In this document: piece after piece, positions 62,276-64,000 of the stretch | Layout: the number at the start of each line of letters is the position of its first letter | How positions within the stretch are numbered: the stretch's first letter is position 1 | Source: an uncultured Pseudomonadota bacterium | GTDB lineage: Bacteria > Oederibacteriota > Muellerivitia > Muellerivitales > Muellerivitaceae | NCBI GenBank assembly: GCA_963843375.1 | Contig: CAWJKT010000001.1 | Span: forward strand, 128,001-192,000 | Direction: 5' to 3' | Length of the DNA: 64,000 nt | Translations under genes and position numbers: made by a program | The notes under the pieces: model-generated | Databases searched by the model: none | What the model saw: the letters and a program-made list of their open reading frames with translations, nothing else | Told to the model about the DNA's origin: nothing

Positions 62276-63277
62276 TTATATTCTACCGCGATAGTAATCA
62301 ATGGTCTGCTTAAGCCCCTCGTTTAACGAGACTTTGGGTTCCCAGTGGAGGATCTTTTTCGCCTTGGAAATATCAGGTTTGCGCTTAATGGGATCGTCCT
62401 GGGGAAGGGGTTTCTTCACTATTTTCGCAGTCGGTTTCCCGCATAACGCTTTCACTACCTTCGCAAATTGAAGAATCGTAGTTTCTTGGGGATTGCCCAA
62501 GTTGAACACGTCTCCTTCGGTTTTGGGGGTGGAAATGGCTTTCCAGATTCCCTGGACCAGATCGGACACGTAACAAAAGCTCCGGGTTTGGGAACCGTCC
62601 CCGTAGATGGTCAAGGGTTGACCAGTAAGGGCCTGGTTGATCAAGTTGGAAACTACCCGCCCGTCATTTTCATTCAAGCGCGGCCCGTAAGTATTAAAAA
62701 TGCGGATGAGCCGGGCGTTCACCTTGTGCTTATGATGATACTCGTAAACCAAGGCCTCGCCCAATCGCTTGCTCTCGTCATAGCAGGAGCGTGGCCCGAA
62801 GGAATTCACGTTTCCCCAATAGCTTTCAACCTGGGGATGGATTTTAGGGTTGCCGTAAACTTCCGAGGTGGAGGCGAAAACGAAACGGGCCCCTTTTTTC
62901 TTACAATATTCCAAAAGACGGTAAGTGCCGATGGAATTGGTCAGGATTGTTTCGATGGAGTTTTTCATGTAGCCGATAGGCGACGCGGGAGAGGCGAGAT
63001 GAAACACGTAATCCGCCTTGGGAAGGAAGCGGGGAAAGCCCCGAGCTACATCCCTCAAGAAACGCGGCAGCCCCAGGAATCGGGGCAGGCCTTTGATGAT
63101 GTCTTGATTGATGAACCGGAAACGAGGATGGCGCCGCAAGTGGGCGATGTTTTCCAATTTTCCCGTAATCAGATTGTCGACGCAGACCACCTGGTGATCC
63201 AGGGAGATCAGGTAATCGCAAAGATGGGACCCGACGAAACCCGCTCCGCCGGTCACCAGGGAATGGATACGTTTCAT
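62276..63277 (-). CDS. UDP-glucuronate decarboxylase-like SDR (UDP-xylose synthase family)
   Basis: 'VTGGAGFVGSHLC', 'HLASPASP', 'STSEVYG', 'YWGNVN..GPRSCYDESKR', 'RIFNTYGP', 'QTRSFCYVSD'. Confidence 0.9.
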   Translation of the reverse strand: MKRIHSLVTGGAGFVGSHLCDYLISLDHQVVCVDNLITGKLENIAHLRRHPRFRFINQDIIKGLPRFLGLPRFLRDVARGFPRFLPKADYVFHLASPASPIGYMKNSIETILTNSIGTYRLLEYCKKKGARFVFASTSEVYGNPKIHPQVESYWGNVNSFGPRSCYDESKRLGEALVYEYHHKHKVNARLIRIFNTYGPRLNENDGRVVSNLINQALTGQPLTIYGDGSQTRSFCYVSDLVQGIWKAISTPKTEGDVFNLGNPQETTILQFAKVVKALCGKPTAKIVKKPLPQDDPIKRKPDISKAKKILHWEPKVSLNEGLKQTIDYYRGRI

Positions 63278-63430
63278 GGAACCTCAAACCATCGGAATTA
63301 GCGATCAATGAGGGTGGGAGTTTAACACATGGCCTTGCCGGACTCCAGAAAAAGGCTTACCCTCCTCAAACTCCGCAGGAGTTGGAGGTTATGTAGTTGA
63401 TTGTGGAGAATATCTTAATTTTTCAACCGG

Positions 63431-64000
63431 TCAGCGCATCCAGACCATGCCGCCAAATTTTTCGCTGAACTTGCTGAAGATAATGTGGCCGATGTTTGTA
63501 TTGGTTACGAAACGGCGGCCCCAGCGGTCGATAATGGAAAGGCGGCTTAAGTAATAGGCGATGCTTCCAAAAATTGGCCCCATTCGGTAGCGCAGCATGC
63601 TCCATTCGTAGAGATTTTTGCCTTTCTTGATGATCTCCATGCGCTGTTCCTTGGTGAACTCGTCCGTTTCAAAGATGGGATACTTGGAGTTGTAAGACAT
63701 GTCGGTCAAATAATTGGGCACCAGAAGGCGCGCGTGCTCTTGCACGAACTTGAAAAGCTCAGTTCCCGGGTAAGGGGTGGCGTTGTTGAAGTTAATAAAG
63801 GTGGCCGGAAGGCTCTTAGCGAACTTCAAGCTCTCTTTGGCTTCCTCGTAAGTTTCAGTGGGATGACCAGCGATGAAACCGACGGAAGAAGGAATGCCTA
63901 CTTTCTTAGTCAAAGTGACGGCTTTCACCACCATCTCCTTGTTTAAGCCCTTCTTGATCACCTTCAAAACACGGGGGTTTCCCGACTCGCAGCCGAAATT
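63431..64000 (-). CDS. Radical SAM protein, C-terminal part (5' end outside window)
   Basis: The frame is open to the window edge and reads 'FGCESGNPRVL', 'GFIAGHPTET', 'ATPYPGTEL', typical of B12-radical SAM C-terminal halves. Confidence 0.75.
   Translation of the reverse strand, partial: NFGCESGNPRVLKVIKKGLNKEMVVKAVTLTKKVGIPSSVGFIAGHPTETYEEAKESLKFAKSLPATFINFNNATPYPGTELFKFVQEHARLLVPNYLTDMSYNSKYPIFETDEFTKEQRMEIIKKGKNLYEWSMLRYRMGPIFGSIAYYLSRLSIIDRWGRRFVTNTNIGHIIFSKFSEKFGGMVWMR

Overview
Bacterial window from a probable diderm (LolA-like protein, predicted beta-barrel), about 50% GC by eye with AT-rich intergenic gaps. I found no rRNA, tRNA, CRISPR array or transposase. Contents in order: (1) an ABC permease x2 / LolA-like / beta-barrel module; (2) a GH2 glycosidase, glutamine amidotransferase and PiuC/YbiX-like dioxygenase; (3) a fluoride riboswitch with crcB and DUF190; (4) two tandem secreted GH5 enzymes with very long Thr-x-Thr linkers, sharing an apparently identical ~1.34 kb 3' module that ends in a T9SS-CTD-like domain; (5) four GT-C-type membrane proteins (TMEM260/DUF2723-like, YfhO-like, two TMTC-like); (6) a ~1,420 aa secreted Thr-rich protein with DUF11-like and FlgD-like domains; (7) LacI, DUF4912, GH57, ROK, ilvD and bcp; (8) a glycan-modification cluster (four more YfhO-like genes, FkbM, GT2, flippase-like, GT4, PMT/ArnT-like, three probable B12-radical SAM genes, UDP-GlcA decarboxylase). 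Best candidate for an undescribed system (inference): a bacterial protein O-glycosylation and secretion system, in which homologues of eukaryotic TMTC and TMEM260 O-mannosyltransferases sit between the genes for mucin-like Thr-rich secreted proteins that share a C-terminal sorting-like motif. At least seven unrelated genes carry apparent 1-nt frameshifts, most likely sequencing indels. Family calls come from motif recognition only; no database search was run.
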